From Macrostomum lignano (Eukaryota), in contig NIVC01002463.1 of the NCBI GenBank assembly GCA_002269645.1, positions 62,001 through 126,000 on the forward strand: a DNA stretch of 64,000 nt. The letters run 5' to 3'. Position numbers and translations under genes: made by a program. This document shows, in pieces, positions 35,168 to 46,681 of the stretch (the first letter of the stretch is position 1; every line of letters starts with the position of its first letter). Under the pieces are notes generated by a model. The model had not been told where the DNA came from and made no database searches. It saw nothing but the letters and a program-made list of their open reading frames with translations.

Positions 35168-35965
35168 GTAGTATTAGTAGTAGTAGTAGTAGTATTAGTA
35201 GTAGTAGTAGTATATTCCACTTGTGATACTAATGATAACTACACATTCCTACTACTTGCAGTGGTAGCTAATATTAATAATGTTATTAATTGCTCCACTG
35301 CCCAGGACTCCAGCCAGCCCGGCCGGCCAATCCAGCTGCGCGCTCTCCAGCAGTGCCTGGAGAAGCTGCGGCTCAGCGCCCGTCGGCTGCCTCGCCGAAT
35401 CGCCGCCTCGTCGGCCGCCCGGGACGCCGTGGCCAGCGTCCACCTGCCGCGGCTCGGCCACGGCCTGAGCGCCGGCCTGGGCTGGTACGGCGTGGAGCGC
35501 AACCTGCAGAAGCTGCTGGCCAGGCGCGGCGTGCCGGCCTTCGTGTACTATTTTCCTAGAAAGCGGCGCCAGCAGCGGCAGCCGGAGATCAACGACGAAT
35601 CGGCCGAGGAGTCCGAAGCTGAGGTGGCGGCGGCTGCGCCGGAGCCGAAGCGACCGCGCCTCGCCTTGGCCGACATTTTCACCGGCTGCCGGGTCGGCCT
35701 GGCCGCCGACCTGCCGGAGGCGGACGCCGACCAGCTGGCGCGCTACCTGCTCGCCTACGATGCCGACGTGCAGCTGACGGTGCCGGCCGGGGCGGCGGCG
35801 GCCGCGCCCCAGGGCCAGCTGGACTTCCTGGTGACGCTCCTGGACACTGGCGACGGCCGAGGGCCTGGCGGCGCGATTGCCGTCACCCCGGAGTGGGTGC
35901 ACGCCTCCGTGGCGGCCGGGCGCTGCCTTCCTGCGGGGGATTTTTCTCCCAAAGCGGCTGCTTGA
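23458..35965 (+). CDS. CHD1L: CHD1L/ALC1 SNF2-family remodeler with macro domain and C-terminal BRCT; 12 exons: 23458-23542, 24774-25114, 26256-26369, 26460-26619, 28245-28403, 28796-28888, 29491-29661, 29909-30137, 31411-31576, 32044-32433, 33370-33936, 35306-35965; ~1044 aa
   Basis: All phases are compatible (3135 nt in total). Motifs: [82 protein letters not shown]; macro domain YVIGDV...[12 protein letters not shown] and VHLPRLG...WYGVERNL. Confidence 0.95.
23570..24690. repeat. 32-bp minisatellite (accggaagtggaatgcttagcgggattcaatg), ~34 copies, CHD1L intron 1
   Basis: Period of 32 read at 24541-24573. Confidence 0.96.
25150..26125. repeat. 20-bp minisatellite (gtaggatctggggtagtttt), CHD1L intron 2
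   Basis: Direct tandem repetition. Confidence 0.95.
26650..28220. repeat. 53-55-bp minisatellite (caggttgttacctgtgtgtgtggcctgagctccttcaagccaggtgtggaaatgg), CHD1L intron 4
   Basis: Period of 55 read at 26701-26756, ~29 copies. Confidence 0.96.
28415..28750. repeat. 29-bp minisatellite (accccaactgaccttacagggtttctttg), CHD1L intron 5
   Basis: Direct tandem repetition, degenerate at the 5' side. Confidence 0.9.
28965..29470. repeat. 29-bp minisatellite (aggctgagtccctactgtcccagatcctc), CHD1L intron 6
   Basis: Period of 29 read at 28981-29010. Confidence 0.95.
30330..31340. repeat. 40-bp minisatellite (gtagctagggccttggttgctatgcgattcattgtgggtt), CHD1L intron 8
   Basis: Period of 40 read at 30541-30581. 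Confidence 0.96.
31735..31995. repeat. 17-bp minisatellite (cagatcccaaYtgatca), CHD1L intron 9
   Basis: Direct tandem repetition. Confidence 0.93.
32545..33290. repeat. 17-bp minisatellite (cagatcccatttcatca), CHD1L intron 10
   Basis: Direct tandem repetition. Confidence 0.95.
33957..34470 (-). mobile_element. Tc1/mariner transposase 3' fragment with a probable terminal inverted repeat, in CHD1L intron 11
   Basis: [19 protein letters not shown] (Tc1 DD34E C-terminal motif) in ORF 34180-34419. The left end is TA|CACTCAGCG at 33955-57. No partner TIR was found. Confidence 0.8.
35095..35215. repeat. (GTA)n microsatellite in CHD1L intron 11
   Basis: Direct reading. Confidence 0.93.
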
Positions 35966-36719
35966 GACTCTATTTTTGAGCATTTTTCTACTAGCATAAA
36001 TCTCAATTTACATTTCAATTTCAATTTCAATGGGTACTATAAGTAGCACAGCGATGCCTTAAGTCCTTATTTTATTCAGGTCGTGAAGACTGCAGATCGA
36101 ATCCGTCCGTCCATGAGTGATTTTACAGTACCGGTCGGTATGCACCGGGTTTTGTTGTGCTCTCTAAAATCCAACTTTATTTCCACTTAAATATTATGCA
36201 TCCAATCTAGCCTTCAAATAAACTTACAAATCGAATACTAGACACAAGTTTTCATATAATTATTTCTCACTGCAGCAGTCTCTGGGCAGTGCTGAAAAAT
36301 TGCTGAATATATTCGAATACTCGCAATGTCTAATGCAGTTTATAATTTGCAATTAGAAATCTTCAGAAAAATTATAGCGCACGTGGTAAACAAAAACTCA
36401 AAAAGTACTCTACAGTACACAAGGCATGCACCAAAGCTGGAATATGGTGTGCTGTAATTGAGCATTTCAAGTCTAGAATATAAGCTCTATGCATATTGCT
36501 GATTAACTTGAACAAAGACCACTTGGAATTCTCAGCGCCAGATTGCAACCGCGGCTAAAAATCAATCAAATATCAACAATACAAAATGTCGAAACAAGCA
36601 AATTAGAAAGACATCTTCTAAAGTAGTCATAAAAATCTGTACTGTCAAATCATTAATGCATTAAAGTGACATCTAAAATCTTACATGTACATGCGAAAAT
36701 ACTGACAGCTCCGCCTGAC

Positions 36720-37310
36720 AGCTCTAGTCACCCACCCCACCTCCACCTCTTCAAACCCCTAGTCACCCACCCCACCTCCACCTCTTCAAACCCCTAGTCA
36801 CCCACCCCACCTCCACCTCTTCGAACCCCTAGTCACCCACCCCACCTCCACCTCTTCAAACCCCTAGTCACCCACCCCACCTCCACCTCTTCAAACCCCT
36901 AGTCACCCACCCCACCTCCACCTCTTCAAACCCCTAGTCACCCACCCCACCTCCACCTCTTCAAACCCCTAGTCACCCACCCCACCTCCACCTCTTCAAA
37001 CCCCTAGTCACCCACCCCACCTCCACCTCTTCAAACCCCTAGTCACCCACCCCACCTCCACCTCTTCAAACCCCTAGTCACCCACCCCATCTCCACCTCT
37101 CCAAACCCCTAGTCACCCACCCCACCTCCACCTCTTCAAACCCTCAGTCACCCACCCCACCTCCGCCTCTCCAAGCCCCCAGTCACCCACCCACCTCCGC
37201 CTCTCCAAGTCATCGGCCACCCACCCCACCTCCGCCTCTCCAAGCCCCCAGCCACCCACCCACCTCCGCCTTTCCAAACCCCCAGTCACCCACCCACCCC
37301 CGCCTCTAAA
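36720..37310. repeat. 35-bp C-rich minisatellite between the convergent 3' ends of CHD1L and TMEM116
   Basis: Unit cctcttcaaacccctagtcacccaccccacctcca, period 35. Confidence 0.95.
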
Positions 37311-37392
37311 CCCCGCAGTCCGCCTATATGCAGTATACGAGCTAAAATCAATATGGTCAATCATCGCCCGTCAGTCAATCAATACTGGCGGG

Positions 37393-39706
37393 CTAAGTAG
37401 AATAAGCGAATGTTTTATAAGATGCGTATCTGCTATTGTCGCCGCCAAAGCCAGCGGCTATTGACACCCGGCGCGGCAGCTGCTGCAGCAGGGAGCGCAG
37501 AAAGGCGCGCCTCTGCCAGCCGTAGACTACGGTGTTCAGCAGGCCCTGCAGCGGCGCCGTGGCCGCCTGAAGGATGTACAGCCAGAAGAACTTGTCGGCT
37601 GTCTCCTCCGACAGCACCAGACTCAGACTGCCCAGCACGAAGGTCGGGCCCCAGCTGACAAAGAAGACGCCAATGAAGAGGGCGACTCGGCGACGCATCT
37701 GACGCCTGGCGTCGGCCTGGGCGGCGGTCAGGCTGCCCAGTCGGCGGTCACGGAGGTCGCGGTGCCGCACGGCCAGCCAGTACAGGCCGCAGCAGCCCAG
37801 CAGGACGCAGAGCAGAGGGATGAGGAAGGCCAGCTTCAGCCACCTGTGGCAAAGGGTGCGGGTTTCGTGCTCTACTAGGCCAGAGGTGTCGGACTCGATT
37901 CCTGTGTTTGACCGCATTCACCCGTATCCAAGTTCAAGCTTTTATGCATCATTTTAGGCTAATGTGGGAGGCTGAGAGATGCCATAGATCAGTGAGAGAT
38001 GCCATAGATCAGTGAGAGATGCCATAGATCAGTGAGAGATGCCATAGATCATTGAGATGCCATAGATTAGTGAGAGATGCCATAGATTAGTGAGAGATGC
38101 CATAGATTAGTGAAAGATGCCATAGATTAGTGAAAGATGCCATAGATTAGTGAGAGATGCCACAGGTCAGTGAGAGATGCAATAGATTAGTGAGATGCAA
38201 TGGATTAGTGAGATATACCATAGATTAGTGAGAGATGCCATAGATTAGTGAGAGATGCCACAAGTCAGTGAGAGATGCCACAGGTCAGTGAGAGATACCA
38301 CAGGTTAGTGAGAGATGCCATAGATTAGTGAGAGATGCCATAGATTAGTGAAAGATGCCATAGATTAGTGAAAGATGCCATAGATTAGTGAGAGATGCCA
38401 CAGATCAATGAGGATGCCATAGATTAGTGAGAGATGCCACAAGTCAGTGAGAGATGCCACAGGTCAGTGAGAGATACCACAGGTTAGTGAGAGATGCCAT
38501 AGATTAGTGAGATGCCATGGATTAGTGAGAGATGCCACAGATCAATGAGGATGCCATAGATTAAGATTAGTGTCTGCCTCTGTCTGCCTTTAACGCGCAC
38601 CAACCGCGGCCATTGTAGCTCCAACTTGCTGGTTTATCAAATCAAACAAACGAACTCACATTCGAGGCGACGCGCTTTCGGAGTCGGCCGGCCAGCAGGG
38701 ATCCTGGTCGAACCGGAATATCGGCAGGCAGCTGCTGCAGATGATGCCGTCACCGCTGCCGCCCCCCGTGTGGGCGTGGCCGGCGCTGGACCAGTGCGCT
38801 GTGGCAGCGGCCAAGAGTCCGGCCTCCGCTAGCAGTGGTGCAGCCCAGGCCACTCCGATGGCCGCGAGTGCCTTCCAGTGGCCTTTGTCGCTGTCACAGC
38901 CGCCGCCTGACCCGCCGCTGCCGTCGCTATCGCTCATGCCGCCGCCCGTGTCGCCTTCAAAGGCCATGCGCGAGGCGGTTCGCTGGCGCAGATACACCTG
39001 GGAGTGTCAGTTTGGGGGCCGGTTTAGACTTTAGAGGATTCTCTGGACCAGTTTAGAGGAACCTCAGGACCGGTTTAGAGGATCTTTAGGACTGGTTTTA
39101 GAGGATCTTTAGGACTGGTTTTAGAGGATCTTTAGGACTGGTTTTAGAGGATCTTCAGGACTGGTTTTAGAGGATCTTCAGGACTGGTTTTAGAGGATCC
39201 TCAGGGCCGGTTTGAAGGATCTTTAGGGCCGAGTTTAGCAGATTTTTTGAGGAGATTTTAGACGCCATTTCCAATAGGGTATTTAAATAGGATTTGCCAA
39301 GGCGGCCCACTCCAAAAAGCAGCACCACAACGCAGACCTGATAGGCGTAGGCCAGCGTCAGGCCGAAGCTGCACACGAACAGTGCCGTGGTGGCCCCAGT
39401 CGCGTAGGCACACAGCAGAGACGGCTGGCTGTCATTGTGGCCAGTCAGGTGCAGTCCGGCGCTGACAATCAAGCAGGTGGTGGCCAGCAGGTCGGCCATA
39501 GACAGGTGCACCACCGGGTAAACCTCCGGGTGGCGCAGTCGGCCGCGCGCAATAGCGGCGCCAATTATAGCGGCGCAGGCCAGCACAGAGAGGGCGCCGA
39601 ATCCGCAGTCCAGATAGGAGAGCACGCGCAGCTGCTGCTCGGACAGGGAGCGATAGACTGTGCCGTTGATTGGCTGCGGAGGCGCCGGCTGGTGGCTTGT
39701 TGGCAT
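37393..39706 (-). CDS. TMEM116: TMEM116-like multi-pass (GPCR-like) membrane protein; exons 39706-39338, 38997-38660, 37843-37393; ~385 aa
   Basis: Phase-compatible GT-AG junctions. HPEVYPVVHLSMADLL, FFVSWGPTFVL and LYILQAATAPLQGLLNTVVYGW match recalled TMEM116 motifs. Confidence 0.78.
37975..38570. repeat. 20-bp minisatellite (gagatgccatagattagtga), TMEM116 intron 2
   Basis: Direct tandem repetition. Confidence 0.94.
39050..39230. repeat. 23-bp minisatellite (gaggatctttaggactggtttta), TMEM116 intron 1
   Basis: Period of 23 read at 39078-39101. Confidence 0.9.
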
Positions 39707-39747
39707 TGTGCTGGCTCGCGCTGAGCATGGGACCAGTGGGTGGGTGC

Positions 39748-39761
39748 GTTGCTATGGCAAC
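39748..39761. promoter_or_regulatory. RFX X-box GTTGCTATGGCAAC, 42 bp upstream of the TMEM116 ATG
   Basis: Matches the established RFX consensus in a promoter-proximal position; function not shown. Confidence 0.6.
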
Positions 39762-39814
39762 AATGCTTAAATCATACAGCCTACGCTTTTGACTAGCGAT
39801 TACTAAGCCAAGAG

Positions 39815-40115
39815 AATCTCACGGGATATTTTCGGGGTAGATACTGCAGAACCTCAGGGGAGATTTTCGGGGTGGATACTGCAGAATCTCACGGGAGATT
39901 TTCGGGGTAGATACTGCAGAATCTCACGGGATATTTTCGGGGTAGATACTGCAGAATCTCAGGGGAGATTTTCGGGGTGGATACTGCAGAATCTCACGGG
40001 AGATTTTCGGGGTAGATACTGCAGAATCTCAGGGGAGATTTTCGGGGTGGATACTGCAGAATCTCACGGGAGATTTTCGGGGTAGATACTGCAGAATCTC
40101 ACGGGAGATTTTCGA
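39815..40115. repeat. 35-bp minisatellite (ttcggggtagatactgcagaatctcacgggagatt) between NSUN5 and TMEM116
   Basis: Period of 35, ~8 copies. Confidence 0.93.
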
Positions 40116-40441
40116 AGTGGACATTATTCATACATGAATTCTGAGACATTAACTAATGTAAGTGCGCCGTATTAAAGAAGAATCAAAACAATATTTTGTC
40201 ACAGCGCTGCTCGATTGAACAGCCAAGTAAGCGGCAGTTGCCGGAGAAGTATGTATATTAATGCAATGAAATATTAAATTACTGGCATTTTCCACAACTC
40301 AGTCTACATACAACTTCATTCACTTTAAAACTCAAATAATGCTGCTTACTCTCTGAGCAATTGTATTGTCAGTGAAAGCTTCTATGTAAGAATTATCTGC
40401 TTCACTTCGAGGATACTTCAGCATCCCAATTCCCTCCACAC

Positions 40442-43400
40442 TCAGCGCTTTCTGTTCCGCCGTCTCCCCGAACTCTTCCGCATCCCAAAGGCGGCAGTCC
40501 TGGCAGCCGCCCCGCTGCCGCCTGGGTCCCGCTTAAAGCAGGCCACAAAGAAGCCGCAGGTGCGGTCAGTGCCGGGCCCAGCCCGCAGGCACATGGGCCC
40601 GCAGTCGAATGCTGACAAGCCTCTGGTTGGCCAGCTGGACTTCATCAACCTGGCCAATCGCCAGCCTTTATCGGCGAACGAATTGGCGAGCTCCTGGACT
40701 ACGGCTTCGTTCTCTTCCGAGTGCACCGAGCAGGTTGAGTAGACAACTCGCCTGGCGCTGGGGTAGTCGGTCAGAGCTGAGCGAAGCACCATTGCCTGCA
40801 CAGTGGAATAGCGAGCACAATCCTTGAATCACTATTTTATATTTATTAAAAGCACAGTTTTTCTTACCTGGAAATTTGCCAGAGAAGCCAGGCGCTGCTG
40901 CTCCTTGGCTGCCGCCGATTCGGCATCCGAGGCACCGGCGCCGGCGCCCCCGTCAAGCGCTTGGCGCTCAACGCTGCGAGCGGTCAGACCGGAACCGGAA
41001 CAGCTCGGATCCACCTGGTAATTTTTTTAGTAAAATGTTTTTTTTAGAAACTGATTCAGTCAACTGATAGAAACATAATAGTTCTGTTAGAGTGAGCTGT
41101 TAAAATACCTGCCTACTAAAGACAATAGAGCTAACTGTTAGCCGTGAAATCTATTAGACATGAGATCCAGCTGTTAGACATGAGATCTAGCTGTTATACA
41201 TGAGATCCAGCTGTTAGACATGAGATCCAGCTGTTAGACATGAGATCCAGCTGTTAGACATGAGATCCTGCTGTTAGACATGAGATCCAGCTGTTAGACA
41301 TGAGATCCAACTGTTAGACATGAGATCCAACTGTTAGACATGAGATCCAGCTGTTAGACATGAGATCCAACTGTTAGACATGAAATCCAGCTGTTAGACA
41401 TGAGATTCAGCTGTTAGACATGAGATCTAGCTGTTAGACATAAGATCCAGCTGTTAGACATGAGATCCAGCTGTTAGACATGAGATCTAGCTGTTAGACA
41501 TAAGATCCAGCTGTTAGACATGAGATCCAGCTGTTAGACATGAGATCCAGCTGTTAGACATGAGATCCAGCTGTTAGACATGAGATTCAGCTGTTAGACA
41601 TGAGATCTAGCTGTTAAACATAAGATCCAGCTGTTAGACATGAGATCCAGCTGTTAGACATGAGATCCAGCTGTTAGACATGAGATCTAGCTGTTAGACA
41701 TGAGATCCAGCTGTTAGACATGAGATCTAGCTGTTAAACATAAGATCCAGCTGTTAGACATGAGATCCAGCTGTTAGACATGAGATCTAGCTGTTAGACA
41801 TGAGATCCAACTGTTAGACATGAGATCTAGCTGTTAGACATGAGATCCAACTGTTAGACATGAGATACAGCTGTTAGACATGAGATCTAGCTGTTAGACA
41901 TGAGATCTAGCTGTTAGACATGAGATCTAGCTGTTAGACATTAAATCCAGCTGTTAGACATGAGATCCAGCTGTTAGACATGAGATCTAGCTGTTAGACA
42001 TGAGATCCAGCTGTTAGGCAGGAGGGCAGCAGGTCAAACAGCCCCCAGCACGCACCAGAATGTGGGTGATTCGGTCTCTGCACCGCTGGCTCAGCCGGTC
42101 GCCCAGCTGCAGGCAGTCGCAGCGCAGGCACCGCACCCGATCGCCGGCTCCCATAGCAACCAGTCGGCGTCTCAATTCACAGAATCGTTGGGCGTCGCGA
42201 TCGACGGCCAGAACCCGGCCGGCCGGGCCGACCATAGCGGCCAGCTGGAGGGTTTTGTTGCCGGGCGCGGCGCAGGTGTCCAGCACCCAGGCGCCTGGCG
42301 GAGGCTGCAGGCAGACAGGCGGCAGGCAGCTGGCCTTGTCCACCAGGCAGAGGGCTCCGCCGGTGACCAGCGGGTGAACAGCCAGGCGAGCGGAGTCAGC
42401 CGCAGGGAAGGTGAGCAGATCCGGGATGTGAGCATCGGCGGCCAGGTAGGTGCCGGGTCGCAGGCTGTCCACGTCGCCGCCTTCGGCGTCATCGATGGCG
42501 ACAAAGCCGTCGGCAGACAGTCGGGCTCGAACTTCGGCCGGCTGCGCCAGCAGGCGGTTGATCCGAGCGTACCTGGGCAGCTGATGTGGCTGGGCCTGGC
42601 TACTGTCAGTAGTATCCGAGTCCAGCCGGACCCCGCGAAGCCGCTCAGCAAGATGCGGATGAACACCTGTTGAGTTGGGGAGGCTTCGGCACTGCAGGAC
42701 ATTGCGCAAGGCTGAGCCTGGACCACTGGATCATGATCCACCCCAACTAGTCATGAGAATGATGACCCAATCTAGTCATGAGAATGATGACCCAATCTAG
42801 TCATTAGAATGATGACCCAATCTAGTCATGAGAATGATGACCCAATCGAGTCATGAGAATGACCCAATCTAGTCATGAGAATGACCCAATCTAGTCATGA
42901 GAATGATGACCCAATCTAGTCATGAGAATGACCCAATCTAGTCATGAGAATGATGACCCAATCTAGTCATGAGAATGACCCAATCTAGTCATGAGAATGA
43001 TGACCCAATCTAGTCATGAGAATGACCCAATCTAGTCTGAGAATGATGACCCAATATAGTCATGAGAATGACCCAATCTAGTCACGAGAATGATGACCCA
43101 ATATAGTCATGAGAATGACCCAATCTAGTCACGAGAATGACCCAGTCTAGCCACGAGAATGACCCAATCTAGTCATGAGAATGATGACCCAATCTAGTCA
43201 TGAGAATGATGACCCAATCTAGTCATGAGAATGATGACCCAATCTAGTCATGAGAATGACCCCAACTAGTCATGAGAATGATGACCCAATCTAGCCACGA
43301 GAATGACCCAATCTAGTCACGAGAATGACCCAATCTAGCCACGAGAATGACCCAATCTAGTCATGAGAATGACCCAATCTAGTCATGAGAATGACCCAAT

Positions 43401-43856
43401 CTAGTCACGAGAATGACCCAATCTAGCCACGAGAATGACCCAATCTAGTCATGAGAATGACCCAATCTAGTCACGAGAATGACCCAATCTAGTCATGAGA
43501 AAAGTCGCACCTGGGGGTCGATGCGAGGACGTCGCCGGCCGGAGCAGCAGGTCGCAGGCCTGGACCAGGCATTCAAAGCGGCTGGCAGGCAGACTGCCGT
43601 CGGCAACAACAGGCCGGCCAGTTGCAGCGTCCAGCACGCCAGCGTTGATCAGCGCAGACTCGAGCTGGTTTAGCGAGCGGAGGGCGCGGCAGACTAGCGC
43701 GCAGAGCATTCGGCGCCGGCTGTTGTTGGCGCCGGCAGTGCTCGGCGACCCGGTGGCGGCTTTGTAAAGCGCGGATTTCAAGCCGCTACGGCCGGTGGCA
43801 ACCAGCTCGAGCAGGCGGCCGGCCTGGCGATAGTCCAGACGGCGCAGTAATTTCAT
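40442..43856 (-). CDS. NSUN5: rRNA cytosine-C5 methyltransferase NSUN5; exons 43856-43511, 42666-42056, 41014-40868, 40795-40442; ~485 aa
   Basis: Phase-compatible junctions. Motifs LPRYARIN, DKASCLPP, LDTCAAPGNKT, ILVDPSCSGSG (motif IV), VVYSTCSVHSEENE (motif VI), GFFVACF. Confidence 0.92.
41150..42015. repeat. 20-bp minisatellite (ctgttagacatgagatccag), NSUN5 intron 2
   Basis: Direct tandem repetition, ~43 copies. Confidence 0.96.
42750..43500. repeat. 20/23-bp minisatellite (gagaatga[tga]cccaatctagtcat), NSUN5 intron 1
   Basis: Direct tandem repetition that nearly abuts the exon-1 donor. Confidence 0.95.
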
Positions 43857-43924
43857 ATTCGAAAGTATATAAGTTTGTACAGTAGTATTTTCAGAGGATT
43901 ATGTATGCGAGTCAAGCAATCGGA

Positions 43925-44810
43925 ACAGGTGTTTCTAGGTGACCCGGTATGAGCAACAGGTGTGTTCTGGGTGACCCGGTATGAGCAACAGGTGTGTTCT
44001 GGGTGACCCGGTATGAGCAACAGGTGTGTTCTGGGTGACCCGGTATGAGCAACAGGTGTGGGTTCTGGGTGACCCAGTATGAGCAACAGGTGTGTTTTGG
44101 GTGAACCGGTATGAGCAACAGGTTGTGTGTTCTGAGTGACCCGGTATGAACAACAGGTGTGTATTATGGGTGACCTGGTTTGAGCAACAGGTGTGTGTTA
44201 TGGGTGACCTGGTATGAGCAACAGGTGTGTGTTCTGAGTGACCCGGTATGAACAACAGGTGTGTATTATGGGTGACCTGGTTTGAGCAACAGGTGTGTGT
44301 TATGGGTGACCTGGTATGAGCAACAGGTGTGTATTATGGGTGACCTGGTTTGAGCAACAGGTGTGTGTTATGGGTGACCTGGTATGAGCAACAGGTGTGT
44401 GTTATGGGTGACCCGGTATGAGCAACAGGTGTGTGTTCTGGGTGAACCGGTATGAGGAACAGGTGTGGGTTCTGGGTGACCCGGTATGAGCAACAGGTGT
44501 GTGTTATGGGTGACCTGGTATGAGCAACAGGTGTGTGTTCTGGGTGACCCGGTATGACGAACAGGTGTGTGTTATGGGTGCCCCGGTATGAGCAACAGGT
44601 GTGGGTATGTGTGACCCGGTATGAGCAACAGGTGTGTGTTATGGGTGACCTGGTATGAGCAACAGGTGTGTGTTCTGGGTGACCCGGTATGAGGAACAGG
44701 TGTGGGTTCTGGGTGACCCGGTATGAGCAACAGGTGTATGTTATTGGTGACCTGGTATGAGCAACAGGTGTGTGTTCTGGGTGACCCGGTATGAGGAACA
44801 GGTGTAAGTC
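43925..44810. repeat. 32-34-bp minisatellite (gggtgacccggtatgagcaacaggtgtgtgttct) starting ~70 bp upstream of the NSUN5 ATG
   Basis: Direct tandem repetition. Confidence 0.94.
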
Positions 44811-45462
44811 AAGTGACCCAATGAAACTTAGCGAGCCAGTGAATTAATGACCAAGTCTCCAAACAAACGGTTATTTAAAAAGAAAAAATATATAATTTGT
44901 GCCAAGTATATGTAATTAATTAAGGCAAAAAACTTAACAGAAAAAAATCACATTCGAAATGACCGCATGCGCTCGCGAAAGAAACTCTGCGTTTGAATAA
45001 ACAGGCCACGCGGTTTAGAAAAACGAAAACGCATTCTGACTACTGTAAGTAGCAGAATATTTAGACGAAAAGCGTACAAGTTTGCCACAGACTCTGAAAT
45101 GACTTTGATATAAATAAATAAACGGAATGTTTAAAACAGAAAAGGCGAAATGGTCTGTCAGCTGTCAGAGTGTTGGTGGAATTTTATCGATCCACTGAAA
45201 AAGGAAAATCACAGGAAGTTCAACCAGCCGCAAGGACTGTAGAAGCACGCTAGTAAAAATAAATATTAATAGAAAAATATTAAGCATGAAGACATTGTCT
45301 GGATTGGTTTGTTTTTTAAATAATTAGGAAAAAAAGTACTCTGCAAAACTGAAGTTAGTGTATAAAAATTTAAGGTACATCAGCTGATTGTATATGTGTT
45401 ATGAAAGCAAAGCACACCTTGAGCAAAATGCTTTGTGCACCTGTCACCACAGATTATTAGAA

Positions 45463-45885
45463 TAACTAGATGGGCCACTCAGCACATTTGCGTGTAAGCT
45501 ACTTTCAGTTCAGTAGTAAGTTAAACTGAAGCATTTTAATGTATTTTTAAAGCCAAGGCTGATTTATTGGCTCCTACCCCCCCGCTTACACCCTCGACCC
45601 GCGCCTTTCCACACTACCCCCCGCGTCGCCCCAATTTTTATTGCCTTTCTTGGAATTCCAGCCTAAAGCTGCCATGTACATTTCAGTGGACTGGCCAATG
45701 TACAATACTGCTGAACCAATTAGCAAGTTGTTTACGCCTGCAAGCTTGTTAGGCTTCTAAACTTATCAAAGTCATTTCAGCTGGCTTTACTTTTATAAAA
45801 TAGCTTATGTATTCTTCTTTGCTACTGAACTGAAAGTAGAAAGCTGTTTTACTAATGATAGACGCCTGAGTGGCCCATCTAGTTA
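45463..45885. mobile_element. MITE-like element with 20-bp perfect inverted ends (TAACTAGATGGGCCACTCAG), consistent with 18-bp TIRs plus a TA target duplication
   Basis: 45463-45482 is the exact reverse complement of 45866-45885. No coding capacity. Confidence 0.7.
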
Positions 45886-46681
45886 ATTTAGAATCTGCGC
45901 TTCCAGCAGCAGCTCAGTGTGTGTATGAGTGTGGATTATGAATGAAGATCAGAACTGCATCGTTATTGATTTAAATTTTAATGTTTTTTAAAGGAAAAGG
46001 CACAGCCTAGTTAGAAAATAAACTAAACTGGAAATAAGTGACTCTAGAGGACTCTAAAATGAGATGTCATGGAAAAGGGCCCCCCAAAGTTCGTCAAAGA
46101 GTTGTCTAAGAGTCAGTTTGAGACGTTTAGATAGTCTGCGACTCGGGGGCGGTTCTGTAATGACCCCGGGGCCGTAATGTGAGGCGTGCTGGAGACGCTA
46201 TGGAGTCACTGAGTTGCGTTTAAGGCGCAACTGCGTCACTTTGCAACTCACGTGATGCGCTCGTGACTCAAAAGTCGTATTTAAGTCGCTAAAAAGTCAC
46301 ACGAGTCGCCCCAGAGTCACGGTAACGTTTTCAATGGGTTATGAATATAGATCAGAACTACATCGTTGATGATATAAATTCAGATTTCTCTAAGAAACAA
46401 AGGCACAGCCCAGTTAACTGAAATGGTTATCAGCCGCACTCATTTATGCAATTGTGGATTAGCGATAGTGGAACATGCAGGCATACATAGAGACTAAAAA
46501 AAGACAGATTGTCCGGCAGAAGACCTGAAGACTCGCTTACATCATCATCATCAGCCCTCTAAAAAATAAAATTCGGAACACAAATAAACATAGAAAAAAT
46601 GCCAGAATTTGAATTAATTTACAGCAGGTAAAAATAGCCCTAGCAACAAGCGCCCCAGCTACATAGCAACAACCAAGGAGT

